DNA of 41,452 nucleotides from Toensbergia leucococca (Eukaryota): positions 1 through 41,452 of the forward strand of contig JALDZS010000199.1 in NCBI GenBank assembly GCA_022813965.1. Reading direction: 5' to 3'. Shown piece by piece: positions 1-12,014 of the stretch (position 1 is the stretch's first letter; every line of letters begins with the position of its first letter). Position numbers and translations under genes: made by a program. Below the pieces are notes generated by a model, which was not told the DNA's origin, did no database searches, and saw nothing but the letters and a program-made list of their open reading frames with translations.

Positions 1-2005
1 TACTTGTAGAATAGGTGAAAATCACGATAACTGACCTGTTCTATGCCAAGCCGCAGTTCCTACGTTGGCCATTTGCAATACTTTAAAAATTGACCTCGTA
101 GAAGGCTAGCTGATCACGTGATACTATCTAATCAATCAGTCACTTTGATGAGAACTCTTACTCCCCAAGTCACATCACATCAAGGTCAATGTTAATTTCT
201 TTGAAGACTTTGTTCTGATTTTGCAACTAATCAACTTCTCTAACCCGTTCCTCGAGAGATCCCTAAACTTCTCTATTGGCAAAAATTTCACTCAATCTCT
301 CAAGACTGACTGATCAGACATTGTCAACTCAGAGAACATCAAAAGATTATCACAGATTTTCTTGTGCCTGGATCGTGTTTCTAGAAAATGTAAAAGATCA
401 AAGCAAAGATAATGTCCCAGAACCCCTAATTAAAATCATAGATCACATCTTCTCTCCCTTCCAAATGGCGTTTGATATCCGGCGCAACCCCTTAGAATAT
501 TCCATCCAAATTCCTCCTGCAAGCAATAGTGACAGCCTACATCCTCAGCAGTATCATCGCCGCGTACGTCGCCGGAAAAATCTCCATCCACAATAGCCTA
601 ACTTGAATAATCTATTCAGCGTCCATGTAACGTCCTATTTCGAGTTTCAAGACCCAAAGCCGGCTCTTTTGACAACCTCAGTACAGATGTCCGCTGCAAA
701 CAAGACAAGATCCCATCCCACCATTACACAGAACACAACCAAACGCACCAGATTTAGTACTAGTAACTGTGTCATATTCAGTCAACCTTTCACAAACAAT
801 GTTATAATCAAAAAAAGCGCAGAAGCAATTGCGCTCAAATTCCTGCGCCTGGGTCGCTTCAAGGTATGCATAAAATCTCCTAGCATTGAAGAAAGAAACT
901 CTCTGTGAGCAGCTCTTCAAGGTAAATGTCAAGTGATGAAGCAGTGAGAAAGATCATGTTAACATCTGAACCGGGTATTGTGCAGAGAAAGGGTGAGGCT
1001 TGATGCTTGAATGATTGAAGGAAGGCGGTCTTTGGATCTTATTCATTGAGAATGAGCGGGCGAAGCCAAGGGATTGTGAGAATACATTTGACACTTCGGA
1101 TGGAGGAGAGGTGTGGAGTTATAGAAGAGTAGGGCGGCAGGGCGGGACGCTCTTTACTAAATCTTGCAGAATGCGAATATCTGCGTTGCCAATGAGGAGA
1201 AAGGCCCCTCTTTTCTGATGGGAAGTAAACATCACCGAGTTCATCTTTTCAGATGATTTCTTCAAAGGGGACGAACTCACAACCCCTCATCCCCCTTCCA
1301 AGTAAGAGATGAGAATAAGTGTCAAGCTCAGAAGCATTCATTCACTCACTCACCTACTCCTTCCCACTCCCAAAATCCCTATACCTAACCCCCAGCTTCA
1401 TTCCCCTTGGAAAAGGAGGCACCAGTATCGATACCAACCCACCCCCCCATTTCCCTCAAAGCAAGATTCCTTTCCCTCGCCCCCCAAAAAAGCAGGGGAA
1501 GCTATAGCTGTGTGGGGAAAAAACCTAGTCTGATCTCAGCATGAGGCAAATTAATCATTGACCAAGTTCTTCAGATTAGAAAGATATAGGGTTCAAAGGC
1601 GGGGGGGAGGTGGGCCACGGGACGTGTTTTTCTTGATATGAAAATGAGCAGCGTTTGCGAGGTATGGTGGGTATGGAACGCAAAAGTACTCTCCACAAAA
1701 AGCCCGGCGAGTAAAAGCTTCCGCTCAACAAAAAGGAATGCTTAATTTAAACACTTTATCAGGCAAGCACACAACAGGTCACGACTTTTTCCATGTGCCA
1801 ACGGATGATAAATCCTATCAATCTTTGGAGGAGGAGAAGAAGAAGGAGAAGACGCTAGACACAATTGTGAGCAAAAATCAATTACAACAGGAAAACAAAA
1901 ACCCTCCCAGATAAATTACAAGGTCGCCCCCACCACCCTTCTAACAACAAAACGCCAATGCTAGTAAAAAAAAAGCCGTCGAATCCCCCAAAGAAGAACA
2001 ACGCT

Positions 2006-3675
2006 CTAACTGTCTACCTCTGCGGTGCCTTCTTTCCGTCTCGGGATCACATCTCCCACCCAGCCGCCCAAGAACAACCCCATCACCAACCCCGTAACAC
2101 CACTCACAACCCCCAACATCCACGCCATAGTCGCCCATCCATATGCCTCCTTCACCGCCCCAGCCCACAACGGCCCGAGCACTTGCCCAGCCGCAAACGC
2201 GCAATTAAACAATCCATACGCCCGCGCCGCAACGCCCTTCCCGCCGAATGCCCCAGGGCCACGCTCCTCCTCAAACATCGCAACCACCCGCGCCACCTCG
2301 ACGAATAAAGGCGGTCCGCAAAGAGCCAAGCCGAGACCAATCAGGAAGAGCAAGACGCAGAAGAGGACCTGCGTGGCAAGAGACTTGTGAGCAGCTGCTA
2401 GGCGGAGGAGAACAAAGAATGGGAGGTTGAAGGTGAATCCAAAGGCGGCAACGAGGCGGACGGCGTGCTTGGAGGAGTCGACGAGGCGGCCGTAGAGGGG
2501 ACTGGCGATGTTGGGCAGGAAGACGGGGAGGAAGATTACGCCAGCGCCGGCGGTGGACCAGGAGAAGGTGGAACCGACGAAGAGAGGAAGCACGGCGTCG
2601 AAGGCGGTGAGGAGAATACCAACGACGAGCCAGCCGAATAAGGCCGTCAGCAGTCGGGGTGTCTTCAGCAAGAGCAATGATGGGAATCTCACTTCTGATT
2701 TAAGCATATGCGGGTCTGGTGCTGGCGTTGGTTCTGGAGGGTTCGCATCGATGGTTCCGTACCCCGGTCCTGCCGCCTCGAGTCCGTATTTCTTCGCCGT
2801 GTCTTTCTCAATGACCAATGAACGAAGAACTATATCAATTGCAATTACGGCATATGCCAAACCGAAGACGGCGGGTTCCCGGCCATATTGATAGAGTATG
2901 CCACCCAACGATGGCCCGATGACAGTGCCGGCGGTAAAAGCCATGGTCACGTACCCCATAGCATACCCAATTTTATCATTGCCGACCGAGTCATACAGTA
3001 GTGCCAGGCCCGCGCTGTATAAAATGGCCGCTGAAATGCCTTGAAAGACCCTGGCGAGGGTCAGAATCCAAATAGTCATTCCAAAATGTAGCATGGCAGT
3101 GGCACAAGCCATGGCAACGAGACCGAGCAAGAGAGGGAGTTGCCGTGATTTGCTGGAGTCTGCCAGCGATCCGCAGACGGCTGTTTCTGATCAGCAGCAG
3201 CAGGTACATTGTTGGGATGCCTTTGTGTCTTACGAGAGGCCACAAACACTGCGCCTCCATACACTCCCAAAAAGACGGAGCTCCAAAGCTGTACTTTATT
3301 ACGGTAGAGGATCAATTAGCTCTATCCATCTGTACAAAGTTTTAGGAACCAGAACTCACAGTCGTCCTCCGGAACACCGATGCGCTCGTTCAAGATGACT
3401 GGGATAAAGGGTATAATCTTGTAAAAAGCAATTGAGCAAGTGAAGCGTGTAGGTAGGTGTTGGGACAAGGATAATGCTCAAGACTGACAAGGGCGTAGAA
3501 TAGAATATCCTATGTAGTCATAGCGTCAAGTCAGCAGAGTTTCAGTTCAAAAAATTTAAAAAGAAAACAGAATGTTAAGTACCGTGAACACAGCCATAGT
3601 GACAACAAAAATGATGAAGTTTGTTGAAGAACGCCACTTGAGGAATCTTGGCGGCAATGATTTATTGACCGTCAT
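2006..3675 (-). CDS. MFS transporter, vesicular amine transporter-like (about 5 exons)
   Basis: ATG at 3675 gives MTVNKSLPPRFLKWRSSTNFIIFVVTMAVFT. Short exons DILFYAL, IIPFIPVILNERIGVPEDD and VQLWSSVFLGVYGGAVFVAS follow, then the long hydrophobic ORF 2006-3130 with MFS motifs (ARVFQGISAA, GPSLGGILY, GRLVD, AYGLFNCAFAAGQVLGPLWAG). GT/AG boundaries are visible. Confidence 0.9.
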
Positions 3676-5106
3676 GGCGACAGATTATGGATTTTGAAGG
3701 AAAGAGAGTAAGAGGGTGGAGGACTGCGATGGGGATATGGATAACAATCACAAGACGATGCAAGCAAAGGGATGGGAAATTCAACGGAAAGAGGATGGGG
3801 AGAAAGTGTCAGCAAAGTGTGAGTTGTGAGTGATTAGGCGTAAAGGTTGGAAAGCCATTCAAGCCTGCGAATTCGGTGTCGGTCGGTCGATGATAAGGCA
3901 TGACTGGCCAGAAGTAGCCAAAAGAATCTATGAGGATTCGATGGATTGAGGTATGCCCTATGACGCCATTGAGGCCATGACCGAATCCGATTACTGTAGT
4001 CGATCACCAATTATCAACCTCTTGCATTTTCCAATGATCAACAAACAGTAGCAGATTTCAAGGACCCCGTTCTTCTCTTTTCTTTGGTTAGTATTCAATT
4101 CTGACCATCTCATAATCAATGGCCATTGTTGAAGTTTGATTCTCAATCAGCTTTGTTGTGCACCAAGCAATAGGAATAGGTAAGCAACGAGGAATGACGA
4201 ATAGCACTTTCAAAGTCACATGTGCCGGTTTGAGCTTAGCTTGGCGATCCTCAAGATGCTAGACGCCCCTCGGGCCATTGGCTACATGACTGGCGTGATG
4301 TTCTGTCAGAGTTTTAAGGTAGTTTAGCTTTGGCGCTTCTCATTGGCGGGTATCGTCAAGCCATGGATATAGCGTCAAATCTCGTGGATCTGGACCCGAT
4401 CTATTGATGGTGTGGATCTGTGCACTCAGCCAATACCGAGATACGAGATACCTTACCTACCTAGTTGCCTTAGCCCTGAGGTAGGTATCCACAGTGGTGT
4501 AACACTAGCAACTGCAAGCCACCTTAAACATCAGTTCACGCTTGTGGAGTAGAGAACCGCAACTTCAGCAGAGGACAGGACATGGTGGCGCCTGTAAGCT
4601 GCAACTACAGCCAGCCTTTCAGCCGAATAGATGCATGCTATTATTTGAAAGCTGCCATCTGATTGACCTCAATTACCGAGACCGAAATTAAGTCGTTCCA
4701 ATCATACTGCACTATCTCACCAACACAATCAGCTAATGTACACTTACAAGTCTGAGTAGCTTGAAAATATACTTGCATATTCTGCAAATCTGCAAGTTTT
4801 GATTCGTTGTTTTGACCACCCGGCCACCTCTGAACTACGGTAACACTCGGAGTAGCTATGATATAGCTCCGGTGCCTCCACCGCGTGTTTCGTCCTATTG
4901 CATCAAGGATTGGACCAAAGCCATCATGTGTGGTAGAAGCAAGAGCTGTTAATGCGCCAAGTACGAGCAATCTTTAACCGTCGATTTGATGATTATCAGT
5001 AGTCAATTTCAGCTCCGATAGCACTACAACCATTCTTTCGGTAGGATCAATTCTGTAGATCGAATCAGCTAGGCACGGGTTATCACGACGCATAAAAGCC
5101 TTCACA

Positions 5107-6562
5107 ATGGAGCCAATCTACCTGGATCAGGAAGATGAAAAGCTCCTGGAGACTATCCCTTCGACTGAACTCCACATAGAGGATAAGTCTCAAATCATTA
5201 AACGCCTGCGCCTCCATCAGCCCGTCACATCCGAGAGGAACGTGTGGGCTTTTTGGGACAAGGGGTTCGATGCTGTCCTGCCGTGGTGTCACCGCAATGT
5301 CATCGACTGGGTCCAACGCCTAAATCATTCTTGGACTGTACGCGTTTTGGACATTACGCCTGGCTCGCCAAATAACGTCTACAAGTTCGTCGGGCCTGAA
5401 GCGTTCCCTGTCGCCTTCAATCAGAACATTATGAATGGCCAAAATAAGGCCCAGCATGCGTCGGATTTTGTACGCCTTGCACTGCTTGAACGGGTGAGTT
5501 GTTTCAATGCTTTTCCTCGTAACCCCTTTTCGACTCCAAGTGAAACACAGGTAGGGTTAGTAAAGAAAGGGAGCAAGCAGCTGAGGACAAGAATAACATC
5601 TACTAGTACGGCGGGGTCTACATGGACGTCAGTACGATTCTCTTCCGCGATCTTGAGGACATCTGCTGGACCTCTCTCGAAGATCCAAATTCCCCCTTCG
5701 AGGTAGCTGGCTTCGCGTACCAATGCCGCGCCCATTTCGGCCAAATGTTCAACGGTTTCATCGCCTCCAGGAAAAACAACCCCTTCATAAAGCGCTGTAA
5801 GTAAAACAGCCTAGTCCACGAGCTCTTGCACTCTTCCTCTCTTTGATTAATCTGATGCATCGTTTCTACCACGATCCTAATGCTCACTTGAGGAGGAGGG
5901 AGGGTGTAGGGATGGATATCTTCCTCGAGATGTGGAAAGATCGAACCGACGCGGCAGGACTCCATCAACACCCACTGATCCAACACCTGGGTCTTCTCAC
6001 TCCCGAGGATCCCGTTTTCGGCCCCAATCCAGATTGGAAAGGGTATACCGACTACTGCGCGCAATTTCTGGCTTACGAACGCCTGCGGCTCTTACGCGAA
6101 CCTGGTCCTACCGGCTTCGATGGCTCGGAATACTTTCGGCACCACTTCTTCCTGCTTGACGGCTGGGATGAAGCATTCCGAGGACAGGACATCTATGACG
6201 GTGAGACGCATTTTGAGCTGCTATCGTTGGACCGTCGGCCAGAAGATGTGGAGAGGGATGATCGCCAGCGCCAGGCGCATGACTTCGTCCTCGATTTGGT
6301 GGGCCGGTCGTCCGTCGCCAAATTTGGGCAGGGGTATTGGCTACCTGGTATGCCGGTGGGGCTTACGGGTTTTTGGGCCCGGCCCGAGTATGCGGATTAT
6401 GATTGCCGTCCAGGCACATGGGGAGAATTTGTGAGAATGGCGAGTACGCAGTGCAGGCAAATGAGGGCGTACAGGGCGTGTCTGACACCACTAGAAATTC
6501 CGGAGGAGAAAGATGTCGTGGTGACTGCGGGATACTTGGAGCCAATTGGTTCGAGCCTTTAA
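5107..6562 (+). CDS. Capsule polysaccharide synthesis (Caps_synth/GT32-like) glycosyltransferase, 3 exons
   Basis: Motifs NVWAFWDKG, WTVRVLD, HASDFVRLALLERYGGVYMDVS and FNGFIASRKNNPFIKRW. Introns 5494-5606 (GTGAGT..TAG) and 5797-5909 (GTAAGT..TAG) join the three ORF pieces in frame. Confidence 0.85.
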
Positions 6563-6964
6563 TGTATTAAGTCTATTCGGTATTGAGGTTTAGGATCGAT
6601 ATTTATATGAATAGAAGAACATTGAGGAATTGGTGATCATTTGGATAGATGAATTTTGGATTAACTAATAGGTCGAAAGACTCTCTATTCGATGAATACT
6701 TTTAATGGGATACCACCTCATCTATACACCTAACTCCCAATGAAAACACAAGCCAAATGGAAACATATGAGGGGATTATTTCCGAGGTGATCCGTCAGGG
6801 CATATGGAGTCACATGATTTCCCCTCAGCAGACTCCTCATCTTTCCATGGTAGTCGCGATCACTCGATAACTTCAACATTCGGCACCACAAAAACCAAAA
6901 GAAATAGCTCTGACACAGAGAAAGCTTTTTCATGCTCTGACTTCGTAAACCAGACCATGCAATC

Positions 6965-7071
6965 ACCTCGACCTCGACCTCGACCTCGACCTCGACCTCG
7001 ACCTCGACCTCGACCTCGACCTCGACCTCGACCTCGACCTCGACCTCGACCTCGACCTCGACCTCGACCTC
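6965..7071. repeat. Perfect hexanucleotide microsatellite (ACCTCG)17 plus a 5-nt partial unit
   Basis: Read directly from 6965-7071. It lies between the glycosyltransferase and methyltransferase genes. Confidence 0.98.
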
Positions 7072-7730
7072 TACCCGACCTCATCCGTGATCTCGGACCA
7101 GTCAAGAAAAGCACGCAACCGCCACAAAAGTGACAGTAATCAAATTGCACTCGTCATCATCAAGTCCAAGCGCATGATGATTTGACCGGATTGTAAATTC
7201 CGATCATGTTGTGCATGAGTGATGGAGCTTGTTTCTCTTCGCAGCTCATTCAAAGTGTACAGATAGATGTACAGAAAATGAAACATCCAAAAGTATCTGC
7301 TGCATTACCAGGTTGACTTAGCGTCGAATACAAAGTTTTTGTTTGGAACAGACTAGGGAACGAGGTACTCATAACCGGGTAGAACCGACATCGCGTACAA
7401 GTACTGCAGGGGTAGGTATGGCGTGTGCTGTCAGCTGTGTATGTGTACGCCACGTACGGCTCGAGGTGACAAAGCTACCACAATCTCGAGATCGTCGCCA
7501 ATCCCAGACCACGCTTGCGAGATTAGAGGCGAAGAGTGCAGAAGGAAGACAGTCTCCTCAGGCAGCATTGCTTTCATGCGTCTAGTACCGTAAAGTAAAA
7601 GCACCATGTATCATGTATGATACTTATATCCGTAGGAAGCTCCCAAGATGAAGGAGATAGATAGAGCGGATCTGGGACTTGATCAAATTGATTGCTTTCT
7701 TTCCGTGAAGCTCAAGGACATCAAGTCAAA

Positions 7731-9056
7731 ATGCAGCTTAACACATATACGCAAGTCGGGTCCCACTTACCTGATGTAGCCATCACGCAGTCGCCGGAGA
7801 TGGCTCCAATCCTCGACATTCGCCAGAAGAAAAGTGAATTGTCCCTCCAGAGTAAGATCCGCAATGCCATGTGCACAAGGGGAAGGCAACGTATCAAGAT
7901 CCCCTTTGAACTTCTCTATGACCACAAGGGACTTCAACTGTTTGAGCAAATCACGTACCTGGAAGACTACTACCCAAACAAGACAGAATTGGAGATTCTT
8001 CAAAATTATGCAGATGAATTTGCTGCCAGCTGCCAGGACGGGTCCATCATAGTGGAGTTAGGAAGCGGGTTGGTGCATTTTCTCCATCTTGTCTTTTCCT
8101 AGCCCAAGAACCCAACTCTAAACTGGGTTTTCACCAATCAGAAATCTTCGCAAGGTCGATTTGTTACTTCGCGCACTGGATCGGGCAGGCAAGAAGAATA
8201 TTAGCTATTTTGCGTTGGACCTGGACTATTCGGAACTCGTCCGGACCTTGGCACAACTGCCTAAATATGAGAACGTCTCATGCTACGGACTGTGGGGCTT
8301 CTACGAGGATGGTTTCCGATGGCTCAACCGCATGAGCAAGCACATAGGCCCCGTCACGATACTGTACCTGGGGAGCAGTATTGGCAACTTTTCGCGGCCG
8401 GAAGCTCGCAATTTCGTGAGCAGCATTGCACAGACTCTTCGACCAGAAATGGGAGATGCTTTTGTTATCGCCTTTGATCATTGCAACGACGATTCCAAGA
8501 TATGGAGGGCATATCACGATCCAGATGGTATGGGCATCCAGTTTTCACAGACTCTCGAAGAGTCTATCACTCCTTTCGCTCTTAGCTTACTAAAGAAATG
8601 GTTCATTTCTGAAGGCTGATTATCGATCAAGGAGTGCACGAGAAGTTTCTTCTGAACGCCTTGCGCAACGCAAATTCGATCATGGGCCGTGACCTTTTCG
8701 ATCTTGATGCATGGCGTTCCGATGGCGAGATGGATCAACAGAATAGCACCCACAAACTCTTCTACCGTGCTATTCATGACACGATCGTTGAAGATCACTC
8801 GTTCAAGAAGGGCGAACGCATGGACCTTGGACAGAACATCAAGTATCCTAGAGAAGAGATTCGGCGTGTCTTCCACGAGGCAGGCCTCCAGCAAGCGACG
8901 CGATGGGACAACGCCAGCCAAGATTACAGTATGTCCCAACAGGCGAGAAAGCAAGAGAGAAGCGACAGGCAGCTTTGTTGTAGAGCCGCATTGAAGGCTG
9001 ACATGATTTTAGGTCTCTACCGGCTGGTTCGCGAGGCCGCAAAGCCAGCACTGTAA
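7731..9056 (+). CDS. SAM-dependent amino-acid N-methyltransferase, EgtD/EasF (Methyltransf_33) family, stand-alone, 4 exons
   Basis: Motifs LLYDHKGLQLFEQITYLEDYYP, IVELGSGNLRKV, YFALDLD, LYLGSSIGNF and IWRAYHDPDG. Introns at 8069-8141, 8528-8631 and 8929-9012. The start is ATG 7731 or ATG 7800. There is no fused sulfoxide-synthase domain, so this is not Egt1. Confidence 0.88.
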
Positions 9057-10426
9057 GATCGAGCTCGACATGGCATCGGCGTCAATGATACAATCGAAGG
9101 TTAGACGATGATGCTGATGCTGGTGGGCGGCATGTGGTCGAATGAAAGTGGCTCAGTGGTCCGAAGTCCTTGACAGAACAGATTCTTGACCGTAATTAGA
9201 TTAGTCAGAAGCAGCCAAGGAAACCTTAGCGCGGTGATAGACTCAAAAGATGTATTGAAAGATTGGAATGTTATCCGTACCTCGCATCTATCCTTGCTCC
9301 ACTAAAAAACTAAAAAAGGTACTCAGCGAGTTAGGTAGCCACTAATGCCGGGCAGTGAAGCGAAGTTGCGTTCAGAGATGAGATTTTCATTTTTCATTTT
9401 TCAATACCTATCACAAGCTCGCTCAAGGATGCCATTCTGGGAGCTTGAGCAGGGGTGTAGACGACCGATGGCATTTGGACGTCAGCCTATCGCGGGGAGG
9501 ATTCAGGCCTGGGAGTCTAGAGCATTTGGATTGTTAAGAAGGTAGCCACGGGTTGCCAGGTAGAGGTATATGCTGGCGGGTAGATCGGTGACCATGCCGA
9601 GCCCGCATTAAGTGGAAGTCTTTAGCCCTCAGTGCACAACATCTATTCTACCGCTTCGTCAGGAACTGTCTTCTACGTTTGACAGTCAAGACTAGTCGGG
9701 CTCAGCGCACTTGGAGCTTACAGAATAAGCCCGAGATTTTAGGACACAACAACTGTTGCACGGATGCAGTTGTAATATTCTAGCTGTGGGGTTGTGGGAG
9801 TGGTGGTAATGATAGTGTGAGATTATGGTTTTTGACAGGTCTACTAGAATATCCAGGTTGGAGCATGGTGCACTAAGAGGATGGCGCACTTAGTGGAAAA
9901 GCCTCCTCCTCCTAGCTTGCCTCGTTGATGTTGAATAGGATCATCAATCACTGCATGTTTAGCCCAAGATCTTCTTCCCCTGGCTCCACTCTAAATGCCC
10001 GATATGCGACCTGAGACATCTACCAGGAACTGAGGCTGGCTGAACTAACTGACCGCCGCTCACTAGGTGCGAACTCCTCGAGCAATCAGCCATCAATCTT
10101 TCCATTCAGTCTCGACTCTGGTGGGTCTAGAATTGGTGACCATGTTGGCATCGCACTGCCAAACAAGCCTCCACGGTAACATGAACAAGGCTAGCCTATA
10201 GCCGCACATTGGTTGAATGCATTTAACCCTTGACGGGACTTGCAGATGAAGTCATAGGCACTGCAGATGCTAGATGCTGCTCATCTACGGAGTAAGTCGC
10301 CGTGTGTCACAACCCACACGGGCGTCTCGATCCAAGAGACACGAACTCCCCGCATTTATAGCCATATTCTTCTCTGCCGTTCTCCGTCATCTTGATCTAG
10401 CTTGAGTCCGTTTCTACATATCTATC

Positions 10427-12014
10427 ATGTACAAAGACACTACAGATATTGTAGGAGATGCACCATCGGAGGAGGAGTCGGGAAAGAAAGAATCCCTTTA
10501 CACCACCTCAAACGGCTGCCCTATCTCCAAACCTCATGGAGCGCAGCGGATTGGTAGCCAGGGCCCGCTCCTACTCCAAGACTTTCACTTGATCGACCTG
10601 TTGGCTCATTTCAATCGGGAACGCATTCCCGAAAGAGCTGTTCACGCAAAAGGTGCCGGAGCTTATGGCGAATTTGTCGTGAGTACCGCTCTACAAGCAC
10701 GTTGAATGGTCTCTAATCTCTTAGGTTACTCACGATATCTCCGATATATGCTCTATCGATATGTTGAATACGGTTGGGAAAAAGACACCTTGCGTCACCC
10801 GATTCTCCACCACTGGCGGCGAGAAGGGCTCAGCCGACACTCTCCGTGATCCCCTAGGCTTTGCGACCAAGTTTTATACCGATGAAGGCAACTGGGACTG
10901 GGTCCATCTCAATGTACCCTACTTCTTCATTCGTGACCCTGCCAAGTTCCCGTCTTTCGTTCACTCTCAGAAACGGGATCCTCAAACCAATCTCAAGAAT
11001 GCTACCATGTACTGGGATTGGGTCACGAGCAACCAGGAATCCATTCATATGGTCATGTGGTTGTTCAGCGAAAATGGAACCTTCCGGTCCTATCGCCACA
11101 TCAATTCGTACATGGGCCACGCCCACAAGTTTGTGAAGCCCGACGGCTCTTTCAAGTACGTCCACTTGTACTTTGACACCGATCAAGGGCACGAGTACAT
11201 GAATAATGAAGAAGCTCAAGCGCGCATGGCCTCCGACCCGGACTATTTCACGCGAGATCTGTACGAGTCCATCCGAAAAGGCAACTTTCCTACATGGACG
11301 GCCAAGGTCCAGGTCCTCGACCCGGCCGACGCCGAGAAGTTCCGGTACAACATTTTCGACATCACAAAGCAATGGCCTTTGGACGACATTCCAGCCAGAC
11401 CATTTGGCAAGCTGACCTTGAACCGCAATCCAGACAATTACTTTGCCGAGATGGAACAACTCGCTTTCTCCCCTTCCCACTTGGTGCCCGGCATTGAACC
11501 CTCGGCTGATCCAGTCCTACAAGCACGTATGTTTGCCTACCCAGATACTCAACGCCATCGTCTCGGCGTCAACTATCAGCAAATCCCCGTCAACCAGCCA
11601 AAGAACGCATTCAATCCGCTGCAACGTGACGGTGCCGGAACAGTAAATCGTAATTACGGATCCTTTCCATCGCACCTGTCCACCTACCGTCCGGTTCGCT
11701 TCCAACCTGAGACTAAAAGAACATCGCGCGAAGAGTGGGTAGGACAAGTTTCTGCCGAGCCACTTCTCGACCTCACGGACGTGGACTTTGAAAACGCACG
11801 CGACGATATGTGGTTCAAACTCGGCAAGGATCCTCACTACGAAGGCTGGCAGCCCAAGCTGATCAGCAACATCTCGAAACACCTGTGCAACGCAGACGAG
11901 GGCATACGGCGCAAGGCTTACGATATGTTTAGGCGGGTTCATGAGGACTTGGCCTCCGGGGTCGAGAGAGAGTCGGAAGCCTTGGCGGCCTTGACGCCGA
12001 GTATTGTGGTCTAA
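10427..12014 (+). CDS. Small-subunit heme catalase-fold protein, EasC-like (513 aa, 2 exons)
   Basis: FNRERIPERAVHAKG carries the distal His and RMFAYPDTQRHRLG carries the proximal Tyr. Intron 10679-10724 joins ORFs 10427 and 10761 in frame. It has NWDWVHLNVP in place of canonical [10 protein letters not shown]. No C-terminal SKL-type signal. Confidence 0.93.

Noticed and set aside
276..1533. Short ORFs at the window start
   Set aside because: Most have non-ATG starts, none shows a recognisable domain, and no consistent exon chain emerges.
6965..7071. CRISPR or telomeric array
   Set aside because: It is a pure tandem hexamer without spacers, in eukaryotic DNA, and the unit is not TTAGGG-like.
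7731..12014. Complete ergot alkaloid cluster or ergothioneine (Egt1) locus
   Set aside because: No dmaW, easE or other eas genes are in the window. The methyltransferase lacks the sulfoxide-synthase fusion and the His-binding Glu.
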